From Kaistia sp. (lineage in GTDB: Bacteria; Pseudomonadota; Alphaproteobacteria; Rhizobiales; Kaistiaceae): a DNA stretch of 64,000 bases. The stretch covers positions 1,140,207-1,204,206 of the forward strand of contig OZ245859.1 of assembly GCA_965229085.1 (NCBI GenBank), read 5' to 3'. Every line of letters starts with the position of its first letter. The stretch's first letter is position 1. Below the pieces are notes generated by a model, which saw only the letters and a program-made list of their open reading frames with translations, did not search any database and was not told where the DNA came from. This document shows positions 1 through 9,809 of the stretch, one piece after another. The position numbers were made by a program, and so were the translations under genes.

Positions 1-612
1 ATGGCGGCGCGCTATGCCCGCGGCCAATGGAAGGCGCTGTTCTATCTCGGCATCATGCTGCCGCTCTGGTCTAGCTATCTGGTCAAGGTCTATGCCTGGA
101 AGCTGATCCTCGCCAAGGAAGGCATCCTCTCCTGGCTGTTCGCGAAGCTTCATCTGACGCCGCTTCTCGACGCCCTGCTCGCCCTGCCCGGCATCGGCGG
201 CAACTCGCTCTCGGTCAGTTCGATCGGGACCTTCCTCGTCTTCGTCTATATCTGGCTGCCCTATATGATCCTGCCGACGCAGGCGGCGCTGGAGCGGGTG
301 CCGATCAACCTGATCGATGCCAGTTCGGATCTCGGCGGTGTCCCGGCGCAGACCTTCCGCCATGTCATCCTGCCCCTCGCCTTTCCCGGCATTGTCGCCG
401 GCTCGATCTTCACCTTCTCGCTGACGCTGGGCGACTACATCATCCCGCAGATCGTCGGCACCTCGCGCCTCTTCATCGGCCAGGCCGTCTACACGCAGCA
501 GGGCACGGCGGGAAACATTCCCCTCGCCGCTGCATTCACCGTGGTCCCGATCGTCATCATGGGGCTCTATCTGACCATCGCCCGCAAGCTCGGAGCTTTC
601 GATGCGCTCTGA
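1..612 (+). CDS. Polyamine/amine ABC transporter permease (PotB/YdcU-like), probably 5'-truncated by the window edge
   Basis: [14 protein letters not shown] and EAA-type motif ([10 protein letters not shown]...TFRHVILPL); overlaps the next permease and lies upstream of patD as in ydcSTUV-ydcW. Confidence 0.85.
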   Translation: MAARYARGQWKALFYLGIMLPLWSSYLVKVYAWKLILAKEGILSWLFAKLHLTPLLDALLALPGIGGNSLSVSSIGTFLVFVYIWLPYMILPTQAALERVPINLIDASSDLGGVPAQTFRHVILPLAFPGIVAGSIFTFSLTLGDYIIPQIVGTSRLFIGQAVYTQQGTAGNIPLAAAFTVVPIVIMGLYLTIARKLGAFDAL

Positions 613-1414
613 CGGCACAAGCGCCCCGCTCGGCCTCCGCCTCGCTGCCGGAGCCGGCCTCCTCTATCTGCTCGCGCCGCTGGCGCTGATCTTCGTCTAT
701 GCCTTCACCACCGAGGAGAAGAGCTTCGTCTGGCCGCCGCCGGGGCTGACGCTGAAATGGTTCGCGATCGCCTGGGCGAGGCCCGACATTTCCGCCGCGC
801 TGCTACTTTCGGTCGAGGTGGCAGCGGTCTCGACTGCGATCGCGCTGGTGCTCGGAACGCTGACCGCCGCCGCCGTCAGCCGCTCGCGCTTTTTCGGCCG
901 CGAGACGATCTCGCTGCTCGTCATCCTGCCGATCGCGCTCCCCGGCATCATCACCGGCATCGCGCTCCGCTCGGCCTTTTCGACCTTCGCGATCCCGTTC
1001 TCGTTCTGGACCATCGTTCTGGGCCATGCGACCTTCTGCATCGTCGTCGTCTACAATAATGCGGTCGCCCGCTTCCGGCGAACCTCTGGCTCGCTGGTCG
1101 AGGCTTCGATGGATCTCGGCGCCGACGGCTTCCAGACCTTCCGCCATGTCGTGCTGCCCAATATCGGCACGGCGCTGCTCGCGGGCGGAATGCTGGCTTT
1201 CGCGCTTTCCTTCGACGAGGTGATCGTCACCACCTTCACCGCGGGCCAGCAGCAGACGCTGCCGCTCTGGATGCTGGAAGAGCTGATCCGGCCGCGCCAG
1301 CGGCCCGTGACCAATGTCGTGGCGATGTTCGTGGTGGCGGTAACGTTCCTGCCGATACTCGCCGCCTTCTATCTCACGCGCGACGGCGACCAGGTCGCCG
1401 GCGCCGGCAAATAA
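602..1414 (+). CDS. Polyamine/amine ABC transporter permease (PotC/YdcV-like)
   Basis: Hydrophobic helices; EASMDLGA...TFRHVVLP; [16 protein letters not shown]. Confidence 0.88.
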   Translation: MRSDGTSAPLGLRLAAGAGLLYLLAPLALIFVYAFTTEEKSFVWPPPGLTLKWFAIAWARPDISAALLLSVEVAAVSTAIALVLGTLTAAAVSRSRFFGRETISLLVILPIALPGIITGIALRSAFSTFAIPFSFWTIVLGHATFCIVVVYNNAVARFRRTSGSLVEASMDLGADGFQTFRHVVLPNIGTALLAGGMLAFALSFDEVIVTTFTAGQQQTLPLWMLEELIRPRQRPVTNVVAMFVVAVTFLPILAAFYLTRDGDQVAGAGK

Positions 1415-1429
1415 CCCCAGGAGTCCAAA

Positions 1430-2857
1430 ATGCAGACCAGCATGCTGATCGGATCGCGCTTCGAGACTGGCACCGAGGCCGAGGAGCTGGTGCTGAACCC
1501 GCGTACCGGCGCCGTGATTGCAAGGATCCCGGAAGCCTCGGCGGCGCAGGTCGACGCGGCTGTCGCCGCCGCGCGCAAGGCCTTCGCCTCGTGGTCGCGG
1601 ACGACGCCCTCGCAGCGATCCGCCCTCCTCCTCAAGATTGCCGCCGACATCGAGGCCGACGCTGCCGCCTTCGCCGCGATCGAGGCCGAGAATTGCGGCA
1701 AGCCGATCAATGCGGTGCTGAACGACGAGCTGCCGGCCATCGTCGATTGCTACCGCTTCTTCGCCGGCGCGGTCCGGACCATGCACGGTCAGATCGCCGG
1801 CGAGTACTTGCCCGGCCACACCTCGATGATCCGCCGCGATCCGATCGGCGTCGTCGGCTCGATCGCGCCGTGGAACTATCCGCTGATGATGATGGCGTGG
1901 AAGCTGGCGCCGGCGCTGGCCGCCGGCAACACGGTCGTGTTCAAGCCGTCGGAACAGACGCCCCTGACGGCGCTCCGGCTCGCCGAAACGCTGGCCGCCG
2001 TGCTGCCCGAAGGTGTCGTCAACATCGTCACCGGCCGCGGCGCGACGGTCGGCAACACGCTGATCAACCACCCCGGCGTCGACATGATCTCCGTCACCGG
2101 CGATATCGGCACGGGCAAGAAGGTGATCCAGGCGGCCGCCTCGACGGTGAAGCGCACCCATCTCGAGCTCGGCGGCAAGGCACCCGTGATCGTCTTCGAC
2201 GATGCCGATCTCGACGCCGTCGTGAACGGGCTGCGCGCCTTCGGCTACTACAATGCCGGCCAGGACTGCACCGCGGCCTGCCGCATCTATGCCGGGCCCA
2301 AGATCCACGACCGCCTCGTCGCCGACCTCGCCTCGGCCGTCTCGACGCTCACTTTCGACAATGCCGACGACACGAAGAACGAGCTCGGCCCGCTGATCTC
2401 GGCGCGCCAGCGCGACCGAGTGCAGGGCTTCGTCGAACGCGCCGCAGCCGAGAAGCATATCGAGATCGCGACTGGCGGGCGCCCTGGCGCCGGCTCCGGT
2501 TTCTACTTCGAGCCAACGGTGATCGCGGGAACACTCCAGAGCGACGAGATCGTCCGCCGCGAGGTGTTCGGTCCGGTCGTCTCGGTGACGCGGTTCACGG
2601 ATCCTGACGATGCCGTCCTCTGGGCGAACGATTCAGACTACGGCCTCGCCTCCTCGGTCTGGACCAAGGATATCGATCGGGCGATGCAGACCGCCGCGCG
2701 GCTCCAATATGGCTGCACCTGGGTCAACACCCATTTCATGCTGGTCAGCGAGATGCCGCATGGCGGCCTCAAGCAGTCCGGCTACGGCAAGGACCTCTCA
2801 TCCTATGCGCTCGAGGACTACACCGTCGTCCGCCATGTCATGATCGCGCATGGGTAG
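1430..2857 (+). CDS. patD: Gamma-aminobutyraldehyde dehydrogenase (PatD/YdcW)
   Basis: ALDH motifs [24 protein letters not shown] (catalytic Cys), EVFGPV; follows the polyamine ABC permeases. Confidence 0.85.
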   Translation: MQTSMLIGSRFETGTEAEELVLNPRTGAVIARIPEASAAQVDAAVAAARKAFASWSRTTPSQRSALLLKIAADIEADAAAFAAIEAENCGKPINAVLNDELPAIVDCYRFFAGAVRTMHGQIAGEYLPGHTSMIRRDPIGVVGSIAPWNYPLMMMAWKLAPALAAGNTVVFKPSEQTPLTALRLAETLAAVLPEGVVNIVTGRGATVGNTLINHPGVDMISVTGDIGTGKKVIQAAASTVKRTHLELGGKAPVIVFDDADLDAVVNGLRAFGYYNAGQDCTAACRIYAGPKIHDRLVADLASAVSTLTFDNADDTKNELGPLISARQRDRVQGFVERAAAEKHIEIATGGRPGAGSGFYFEPTVIAGTLQSDEIVRREVFGPVVSVTRFTDPDDAVLWANDSDYGLASSVWTKDIDRAMQTAARLQYGCTWVNTHFMLVSEMPHGGLKQSGYGKDLSSYALEDYTVVRHVMIAHG

Positions 2858-2897
2858 ACTGACACCAGCGCGGCGACAGCGTAATTTCAGTCACCGA

Positions 2898-3695
2898 TCA
2901 TCCCTTGGAGAGCCCTAGATTCCTAAGTGTATTCACACATTCGGTCGGCGTCGCCTGCGGATCGCAGGGAGCAGGCGGAGGTGGTAGAGGCCTGCTGAAG
3001 TCGTGAGGCTCGAAACTGACGGTGATCGTGTTGCCGGTCTTGCTGGTCGACGACCCGCTCGGCGTGACGACGACGGGTGCGAGGCCAAGGCTGACCGATC
3101 CGCCCACCGTCGTCGCCCAGGTGATACCGAGCGTGAACGTATTCCCTGTGGCCGAGCCTTTCCGAATCTGGAAACACGCATCCGTTTTTTGGTCTCCGGC
3201 GGCCAGAGATGCCTGCCAAAGGTTGATCAGGGCGACCGCCAAGGGCGCGGTCTTCAGATCCGCGGGATGGAAGTCGCGTCCGGGATTGGCGCGCAGAACC
3301 TTCACGTCGAGCACGAGCTTCTGACTGTCGGTCGTCACCTGCGATGCTCCGGCCTTGGCTCCGATCGTGCCGAAGCTGGTCGGGACCGGTTCGAGCGCGA
3401 TATCAATGCCGGCCGTCCCCTCGGATTCTGACGTCAGCTCCAGCGTCGCCGTACTGATATCGAGCCCGATCATTCCATTGCCACAGTTCTTGGTTCTGGA
3501 GTCGGCGAAGATGCGGGTATAGCCGTAAGGTGACCGTTGATAGGCGGTGTAAACGCCGATCTGCCGCTTGGCCTCGAAGAGGACGCCGGAAATCTGGGAG
3601 ATCGGTATCGGCCTGACGTCGCGAAGAGACGTCGTCGCACAGCCGGCCAGTTGCAAAGCCGCCAATCCTGCGGCAGTGATCGATGTTATCCTCAT
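2898..3695 (-). CDS. Hypothetical lipoprotein with two internally repeated alpha/beta segments (Trypco2-like by eye)
   Basis: ATG at 3695 gives MRITSITAAGLAALQLAGC (lipobox LAGC); two similar helix + strand-rich repeats; Pro-rich C-terminus. Confidence 0.6.
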   Translation of the reverse strand: MRITSITAAGLAALQLAGCATTSLRDVRPIPISQISGVLFEAKRQIGVYTAYQRSPYGYTRIFADSRTKNCGNGMIGLDISTATLELTSESEGTAGIDIALEPVPTSFGTIGAKAGASQVTTDSQKLVLDVKVLRANPGRDFHPADLKTAPLAVALINLWQASLAAGDQKTDACFQIRKGSATGNTFTLGITWATTVGGSVSLGLAPVVVTPSGSSTSKTGNTITVSFEPHDFSRPLPPPPAPCDPQATPTECVNTLRNLGLSKG

Positions 3696-3856
3696 GTCAG
3701 CCCCCCACTTATATGAGAGCCGATATGCTACTCTTGACTTTAATATTGTATAGATAGTCAAGTAAAAATTGTTCGTCGGCTTGTCACGCGCAGATACGCT
3801 ACAGCTGCACGTCGCATCTAGTTCTCCGATGTCCGCTCGGTAATCCTGGATCTTGA

Positions 3857-4987
3857 CTAAAGCACGCGGCGGCCCTGCACCCAGATGGCGCGGATCACCG
3901 GGACGCCGCCGACCAGCGACAGGCGGACGAGATCGGCCCGGAGGCCCGGCGCGATACGGCCGCGATCGGCGAAGCCGAGCGCATCGGCCGGTTGCGCCGT
4001 CACGAGCCCGATCGCCGCGGGGAGCGGGATGCCGCGCCGGGCGAGGATAAAGGGCGCCTGCAAAAGGCTGGTCGGCACGTAATCGGATGTCAGGATGTCG
4101 AGCAGCCCAGCATCCGCGAGCTCGGCGGCGCCGACATTGCCGGAATGTGAGCCGCCGAGAACGATATTGGGCGCGCCCATGACGATGGCCATGCCGCGCG
4201 CGCGGGCCGCTTCGGCGGCCGCGAAGGTCGTCGGAAACTCGCTGATCGCGATGCCGAGGCGCTCGGCTTCGTCGATATCGGCGAGGCTCGTATCGTCATG
4301 GCTGGCAAGGCGAATGGCGCGCTCTGCCGCCGCCGCCGCAATGGCCTCGCGGCTCGCCGGGACATAGTGCGCCTGATGCGCGCGCCGCTCATCCATGTAG
4401 GCAGCAAACTCCTCATCCGACCAGACGCGCGCATTCTTCTTGCGGCGGAATTCGCGGTAGAGCCCGACATCGTGCCACTGACGCTGGCCGGGTGTGTGGT
4501 CCATCATGCTCATCAGACGGAGGCCCGGGTTGTCGACATGGCGGAAAGCGATGTCGAGCAGCGCCGGGTCCGATAATTCACAGCGGAAATGGAAATAGTG
4601 ATCGACGCGCAAGAGGTCGGCCGCGCGCGCCTCCGTCAGCCCGCCGATCGCCGCATCCAGCATCGCCGTCCGCGCGCCGCGGCTGTCGTAATCGCCGAGC
4701 GAGAGCGAATCGAGCACGGTCGTGATGCCGGCACCGAGCACCTGCCAGTCATGCGCCAGCACAGCGCCGAGCGTCGACGGCCATTTGACGCCCGGGCGCG
4801 GCTGGAAATGGTGCTCGATATTGTCGGTGTGGATGTCGATCAGGCCGGGGATGAGGAAATCCGCCTCGGCCGGGGCCTGACGCTCTTCGCCCTCGACGAG
4901 CGCGATGTGATCACCATCCAGCGTGACGCTGCCGAAGACGATGCGATCGTCGAGCACGATATTGAGCGGTTCGGGAATGAGCGGCAT
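3857..4987 (-). CDS. phnM: Alpha-D-ribose 1-methylphosphonate 5-triphosphate diphosphatase (PhnM family), orphan
   Basis: PGLIDIHTDNIEHHFQPRPGVKWP, MDHTPGQRQW, ASHDD, SEFPTT, MGAPNIVLGGSHSGN, LTSDYVP, GRIAPGLRADLV. Confidence 0.9.
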   Translation of the reverse strand: MPLIPEPLNIVLDDRIVFGSVTLDGDHIALVEGEERQAPAEADFLIPGLIDIHTDNIEHHFQPRPGVKWPSTLGAVLAHDWQVLGAGITTVLDSLSLGDYDSRGARTAMLDAAIGGLTEARAADLLRVDHYFHFRCELSDPALLDIAFRHVDNPGLRLMSMMDHTPGQRQWHDVGLYREFRRKKNARVWSDEEFAAYMDERRAHQAHYVPASREAIAAAAAERAIRLASHDDTSLADIDEAERLGIAISEFPTTFAAAEAARARGMAIVMGAPNIVLGGSHSGNVGAAELADAGLLDILTSDYVPTSLLQAPFILARRGIPLPAAIGLVTAQPADALGFADRGRIAPGLRADLVRLSLVGGVPVIRAIWVQGRRVL

Positions 4988-5195
4988 GGATCTCGGGCCT
5001 GAGGCAAGGGACGGCGGGGCGGCGCGGGCTCGGCGCCTCAACGGCGGACCCAGAATCGTCCGCTTGCGCCGAGACTAACCGCTGTCGCCGTGTCGTCTTT
5101 ATGACGCATACCGGGCAACCAACAACCATCGCCACTCCGTCTGGCCCCGGAGACGCGCTGTCACCGAGGCCAAGCCACGACCGAAGCCGAGTGCG

Positions 5196-6092
5196 CTAGT
5201 CTCGGGAAAGCTCCAGCCGCGCGAGATCCTCGACCAAAGTCGGGCCAGTCGGGGTCCAGCCAAGCTTCTGGCGCGTTTCAGCGCTGGAGGCTGGCATGTC
5301 GAGCTCGGCAAAATGTGCCATCCAGCCGAAATAGGCAGGCGCCTCGGCCGCTTCGATCGACTGCACCGGCAGGCCGAGGCGCTGGCCGATCGTCTCGGCG
5401 ATGTCTCGCATCGCGACGCCCTCCTCCGCGACGGCGTGATAGCGCGCGCCCGGCTCGGCCCGCTCGACGGCCAGCCGGTAGAGCCGCGCGACATCGACGA
5501 CGTGAGCCGCCGGCCAGCGGCTGCTGCCCTCGCCGAGATAGCTGCACACGCCCTTGTCGCGGTACATCGCGATCACCGGCGTGATCAGCCCCTGCGTGAC
5601 CGGATCATGCACCTGCGGCAAGCGCACCACGGACACGTTGCCCCCTTCAGCGGCCACGAGGTTTGCCGCCTCCTCCGTGGCCGCGCGCGGATGGGTCGCC
5701 GATCCGACGATCGGGTTGCCCTCCAAGGCCGGCTGCCCGGGCACCGTGTTGGCGATCGGCGTCCCCGAGGTCACGATCAGCGGGCGGTCCGAGCCGGCGA
5801 GCGCGGCACCGAGCGTCGCGATGACCGCGCGGTCGTCCTCGCAGTTCTGCACGAACCGCGAAAAATCATGGTTGAAGGCAAGGTGGATCACGGCGTCGGC
5901 GCGGGCGGCGCCCTCGCGAAGGCTGTCTGGCTCCGCAATCGATCCCCGATAAAGTTCGGCGCCGGTGGCCGCGAGGGCCGCCGCCTTCGCCTCCGATCTG
6001 TAGACGCCGATGACCTGATGGCCAGCTGCGATCAGGTCATCGACCACACGCGAACCGATATTTCCCGTCGCGCCCGTCACGAATACACGCAT
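5196..6092 (-). CDS. NAD-dependent epimerase/dehydratase (atypical SDR)
   Basis: MRVFVTGATGNIG Rossmann motif; HLAFNHDFS; VRLPQVH. Confidence 0.85.
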   Translation of the reverse strand: MRVFVTGATGNIGSRVVDDLIAAGHQVIGVYRSEAKAAALAATGAELYRGSIAEPDSLREGAARADAVIHLAFNHDFSRFVQNCEDDRAVIATLGAALAGSDRPLIVTSGTPIANTVPGQPALEGNPIVGSATHPRAATEEAANLVAAEGGNVSVVRLPQVHDPVTQGLITPVIAMYRDKGVCSYLGEGSSRWPAAHVVDVARLYRLAVERAEPGARYHAVAEEGVAMRDIAETIGQRLGLPVQSIEAAEAPAYFGWMAHFAELDMPASSAETRQKLGWTPTGPTLVEDLARLELSRD

Positions 6093-6184
6093 CTGAACAC
6101 TCTCCGCTTCTGGTTCTGACGAGTTTCGGCCACCGCATTATCGTGGTAAAGTTGGGACATCATCATAGTAAGATCGATACCCGG

Positions 6185-7018
6185 ATGAGCGAACAGACCT
6201 CCATCGGCACCGAACTCGGCGCTTATCTGCGCGACCGACGCATGAAGCTCGACCCGGCCGCCTTCGGCTTTTCCGCCGAGCGCCGGCGCACGCCGGGTCT
6301 GCGCCGCGAGGAGGTGGCGCAGCGGGCCAATATCAGCCCCACCTGGTACACCTGGCTCGAACAAGGCCGTGGCGGCGCGGCCTCGGCCGATGTGCTCGAC
6401 CGGATCGCCCGCGCCCTGATGCTGACCGATATCGAGCGCGAACATCTCTTTCTGCTCGGTCTCGGCCATCCGCCCGAGGCGCGCTTCCGCAATAGCGACG
6501 GCGTCACGCCACGCTTGCAGCGCGTGCTTGATGCGCTCGACCCGACGCCGGCAATCATCCGCACTGCGCTCTGGGACGTCGTGGCGTGGAACCGCGCGGC
6601 GACCGTGATGCTGATCGACTATGCGGCACTGCCGCAGGACCGGCGCAACATCCTACGCTTCATTTTCCTCGATCCGCGCTCGCGCGCCGAACAGCTGGAT
6701 TGGCAAAGCGTCGCGCGCTTCGTTGTCGGGGCGTTCCGGATCGAGGCGTCGCGGGCGGGCGCGAGCGCCGCGGTCGAGCCGCTGGTGGCGGAACTCAGCG
6801 CTCTCAGTCCTGAATTCAAGGCTTTGTGGAGCGCCAACGAGATCAGTTCCGGGCACCACGACGCCATCAAGCATATCCGCCATTCAAAGCTTGGACCGCT
6901 CGCCTTCGAGTACTCGAACTTCGCCGTCGACGGCCGGATCGACCTCACGATGGTCATCTACAATCCCGCCACGCCCGATGACGCCGAGAAGATCAGGACC
7001 GTGATGGAGGGGTCGTAG
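6185..7018 (+). CDS. XRE-HTH transcriptional regulator with MmyB-like ligand-binding domain
   Basis: RRRTPGLRREEVAQRANISPTWYTWLEQGR; divergent from the SDR. Confidence 0.9.
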   Translation: MSEQTSIGTELGAYLRDRRMKLDPAAFGFSAERRRTPGLRREEVAQRANISPTWYTWLEQGRGGAASADVLDRIARALMLTDIEREHLFLLGLGHPPEARFRNSDGVTPRLQRVLDALDPTPAIIRTALWDVVAWNRAATVMLIDYAALPQDRRNILRFIFLDPRSRAEQLDWQSVARFVVGAFRIEASRAGASAAVEPLVAELSALSPEFKALWSANEISSGHHDAIKHIRHSKLGPLAFEYSNFAVDGRIDLTMVIYNPATPDDAEKIRTVMEGS

Positions 7019-7035
7019 CCGGCGGTCTGGCGCTG

Positions 7036-7092
7036 TGTTTTCGCATCGGATTCGTCCGAAAACCGGATTCCAAGTGTCGGTCCGATGCTCTG
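7036..7092. repeat. Short palindromic intergenic repeat of Rhizobiales type (degenerate)
   Basis: Minus strand AGAGCATCGGACCGACACTTGGAATCCGGTTTTCGGACGAATCCGATGCGAAAAC, with GCATCGGA (7043-7050)/TCCGATGC (7081-7088) inverted arms; resembles (from memory) the dispersed AGAGCAT...CCGGTTTTCGG repeats of rhizobia and Brucella. Confidence 0.5.
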
Positions 7093-7104
7093 GCGCTGCG
7101 CCAG

Positions 7105-7141
7105 AATCAAAACGCCCGCCACGTCGAGGACGTGGCGGGCG
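7105..7141 (-). terminator. Intrinsic terminator of tRNA-Met copy 1
   Basis: 13-bp stem CGCCCGCCACGTC/GACGTGGCGGGCG (7113-7141) followed on the minus strand by TTTTGATTCT. Confidence 0.85.
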
Positions 7142-7145
7142 AATT

Positions 7146-7222
<77 letters not shown>

Positions 7223-7231
7223 AAAGGAGGA

Positions 7232-7265
7232 GGCGCCTTGTATGCCGGCTCTCCACCGAAGGCAA
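7232..7265 (-). promoter_or_regulatory. Putative sigma70 promoter of tRNA copy 1
   Basis: TTGCCT(7265-7260)-17 bp-TACAAG(7242-7237)-GCGCC discriminator. Confidence 0.6.
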
Positions 7266-7282
7266 CCCCCCTTTTGCGGCAG

Positions 7283-7777
7283 CTAACCGTTCGCTGCCTG
7301 TCCGTCCAACCAGGCAGCGAGGCCATCCAGCGTCTGCAACCCGTATTCCACCGCGCCGAAACCGATGACCACCCGGCGCCGTTCGCGGCTCGGGTGGAGC
7401 TGGCGCATGGTCAGCACCGTCTTGCCGTCGGCCTGCTCGTCGAAGGTCACCGTGACGCGGAAACGGTCGGGGTCGTCGTCGCGCGGCGTGCCGTAATCCA
7501 TCACGATCCTCTCGTTCGGCACGATCTCCAGAAAGCGCACCATGTTCGGGAAGCGGCGGTGTTCGCCCTCGAACTCGCCCACCATGTCGAACCTCCAGAC
7601 ACCGCCCTCGCGGATATCGGCCTCATGGGTCTCGATGCCGAGGCCCTTCGGGCCGTACCATTCGGCCAGCGCCTTGGGGTTCATCCAGGCGGCAAAGACC
7701 TTCTTGCGCGGGTGGTTGAGCACCTTGACCAAGACGACTTCGCGATCGAGCGACCAGGTCTCAAAAAGCTTGTCCAT
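7283..7777 (-). CDS. SRPBCC/AHSA1 (START-like) ligand-binding protein
   Basis: VFAAWMNPKALAEWYGP, DIREGGVWRF, PNERIV; overlaps the end of the ArsR gene (alternative start 7786). Confidence 0.85.
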   Translation of the reverse strand: MDKLFETWSLDREVVLVKVLNHPRKKVFAAWMNPKALAEWYGPKGLGIETHEADIREGGVWRFDMVGEFEGEHRRFPNMVRFLEIVPNERIVMDYGTPRDDDPDRFRVTVTFDEQADGKTVLTMRQLHPSRERRRVVIGFGAVEYGLQTLDGLAAWLDGQAANG

Positions 7778-8117
7778 GCCCTTCATCCTCCTCCCCCGCC
7801 GTGTCCAGATAGACTTCGAGGCGATCCAGCCGCTCCGCCCAGCGACGGCGCTCGGTTTCGATCCAGTCCGCCGCCTCGTTGAAGCGTGACCGCTCCAGGC
7901 GGCACCAGCGACTGCGACCGCGCTTCTCGCTGGCAATCAAGCCACAGTCTTCCAGCACCTTGAGATGCTGAGCGAAGGAGGGCAGCGCCATGTCGAAAGG
8001 CTCGGCCAGGGCGCTGACCGGCAATTCGCCATCGACAAGCCGCGACACGACCGCACGGCGCGTCGGGTCGCTCAAAGCGTGGAAAGCGCGGTCGAGGGGT
8101 GTCGCATGGTGGGCCAT
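7761..8117 (-). CDS. ArsR/SmtB family transcriptional regulator
   Basis: FHALSDPTRRAVVSRL, QHLKVLEDCGLI, KRGRSRWC. Confidence 0.9.
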   Translation of the reverse strand: MAHHATPLDRAFHALSDPTRRAVVSRLVDGELPVSALAEPFDMALPSFAQHLKVLEDCGLIASEKRGRSRWCRLERSRFNEAADWIETERRRWAERLDRLEVYLDTAGEEDEGHGQAF

Positions 8118-8153
8118 GGCTTCAGTAAAGCGTCCTGGCGCGCTCCGTCAAGG

Positions 8154-8211
8154 ATAGGAAGGCACTTGCCTTATCATCGAGTCCTTAATATGAAGGTATT
8201 TGCCTTAGTAT
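8154..8211. promoter_or_regulatory. Two tandem imperfect palindromes, putative ArsR operators
   Basis: ATAGGAAG-GCACTTGC-CTTATCAT (8154-8177) and ATATGAAG-GTATTTGC-CTTAGTAT (8188-8211); 19/24 identical to each other. Confidence 0.65.
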
Positions 8212-8263
8212 AAGATGGTTTCGGCTCCGGGGCGGCCGTGCATGCAGGCATAGGGAGAACGCC

Positions 8264-8911
8264 GTGGCAGTTCGTGTCGACCTCATGATCTCGCTCGATG
8301 GTTTCGCGACGACCACCGACCAGACACCCGAAATCCCGTTTGGGGAGGACTGGCCGCGTCTCGTCGGCGCCTATGCCGCGACCCGAACATTCCGGGAGCG
8401 CGTGTTCCAGGACAAGACGGGAGCCGGCACGACAGGCATCGACGACACTTATGCGAAGGCGTATTTCGCCGATGTGGGTGCCGAGATCATGGGCGCCGGC
8501 ATGTTCGGACTGCACAGCGTCCCCGATGATCCCGATTGGCGCGGCTGGTGGGGCGAGGAGCCGCCGTTCCGGTGTCCGGTCTTCGTCCTCACGCATCGCC
8601 CGCGGCCTTCAATGGCGATGGCCGGCGGGACGGTGTTCCATTTCCTCGATACCGACATCGAAGACGCGCTCCGGAAGGCTGTCGAGGCGGCAGGCGGGAA
8701 GGACGTCCGCATCGGCGGCGGCCCGAACGTTGCCCGCGCTTTTCTCAAGGCAGGCCTTGTCGACCGACTTCACGTTTCCATCACGCCGATCCTTCTTGGC
8801 CGCGGCATCCGCCTCTGGGACGACCTGCGCGGCCTGGAGGCTGGCTATACCGTCAAGGCCGAAGCGGCAGAGAGCGGCACGCTTCATCTCACATTCCAGC
8901 GCGACCGTTGA
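8264..8911 (+). CDS. Dihydrofolate reductase-fold / RibD C-terminal domain protein
   Basis: MISLDGF, PPFRCPVFVLTH, DVRIGGG, ITPILLGRG. Confidence 0.85.
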   Translation: MAVRVDLMISLDGFATTTDQTPEIPFGEDWPRLVGAYAATRTFRERVFQDKTGAGTTGIDDTYAKAYFADVGAEIMGAGMFGLHSVPDDPDWRGWWGEEPPFRCPVFVLTHRPRPSMAMAGGTVFHFLDTDIEDALRKAVEAAGGKDVRIGGGPNVARAFLKAGLVDRLHVSITPILLGRGIRLWDDLRGLEAGYTVKAEAAESGTLHLTFQRDR

Positions 8912-9050
8912 TTGGCGGCGATCCGCGCAACGATCGATCCTATCGGAGGATCACCCGGCACGGCGGCGCAGACGAGCGGCAATGACGTACCAATGAACTG
9001 TCGTGGCCGTCCGGCCGTAGAAGCCTTGGAAACAAGCGAGCGGGGCGGTC

Positions 9051-9779
9051 ATGACGGCGAAGGTTCTCATCTATGGCGGCAGCGGGGCGATCGGCGCTGC
9101 GACGGCGCGGGCGCTGACACGAAAGGGCATGGCCTGCCATATCGTCGGACGGGATGCGGCACGGCTCGAAGCGATTGCGGAGGAGATCGGCGCCAGCGTC
9201 ACGATTGCCGATGTCGAACAGGCGGATGGGTTCGCGCGTGCGGCCAGCGATGCAGATGCCCCGCTGGCCGGGCTCATCTATGCGGTTGGCACCATCACGC
9301 TGAAGCCGCTCGGCCGCCTCACCGCGGCCGATTTCGAGCGCGACTTCCGCATCAATGCCGAGGGCGCCGCCCTCGCCGTCCAGGCTGCGCTGCCGGCGTT
9401 GAAGGCCTATACGGACACCGCATCGGTGGTGCTCTTCTCGAGCGTCGCGGTCGGCCAGGGCTTCGCATCGCATGCCTCGATCGCAATGGCGAAGGGCGCC
9501 GTCGAAGGCCTGACGCGGGCGCTTGCGGCTGAACTCGCACCGAAGATCCGTGTGAACGCCATCGCGCCGTCGCTGACCCGCACGCCGCTCGCCCGCGCCT
9601 TCACCGACAACGCGCCGATGGCCGCCTCGATCGCGCAGCTCCATGCGCTCGGCCGGCTCGGCGAAGCCGCGGACAGCGCCGCCCTCGCCGCCTTCCTCGT
9701 TTCCGAGGAGGCAGGCTGGATCACCGGGCAGGTCATCGGCGTCGATGGCGGCCGCTCGACCCTGCGCACGAAAGGCTGA
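9051..9779 (+). CDS. Short-chain dehydrogenase/reductase (YxxxK Tyr replaced)
   Basis: GGSGAIG, IAMAKGAVEGLTRALAAELAP, RVNAIAP, GWITGQVIGVDGG. Confidence 0.85.
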   Translation: MTAKVLIYGGSGAIGAATARALTRKGMACHIVGRDAARLEAIAEEIGASVTIADVEQADGFARAASDADAPLAGLIYAVGTITLKPLGRLTAADFERDFRINAEGAALAVQAALPALKAYTDTASVVLFSSVAVGQGFASHASIAMAKGAVEGLTRALAAELAPKIRVNAIAPSLTRTPLARAFTDNAPMAASIAQLHALGRLGEAADSAALAAFLVSEEAGWITGQVIGVDGGRSTLRTKG

Positions 9780-9809
9780 GCCGGACTGGTGGCATGATCC
9801 AGGCGAGAG

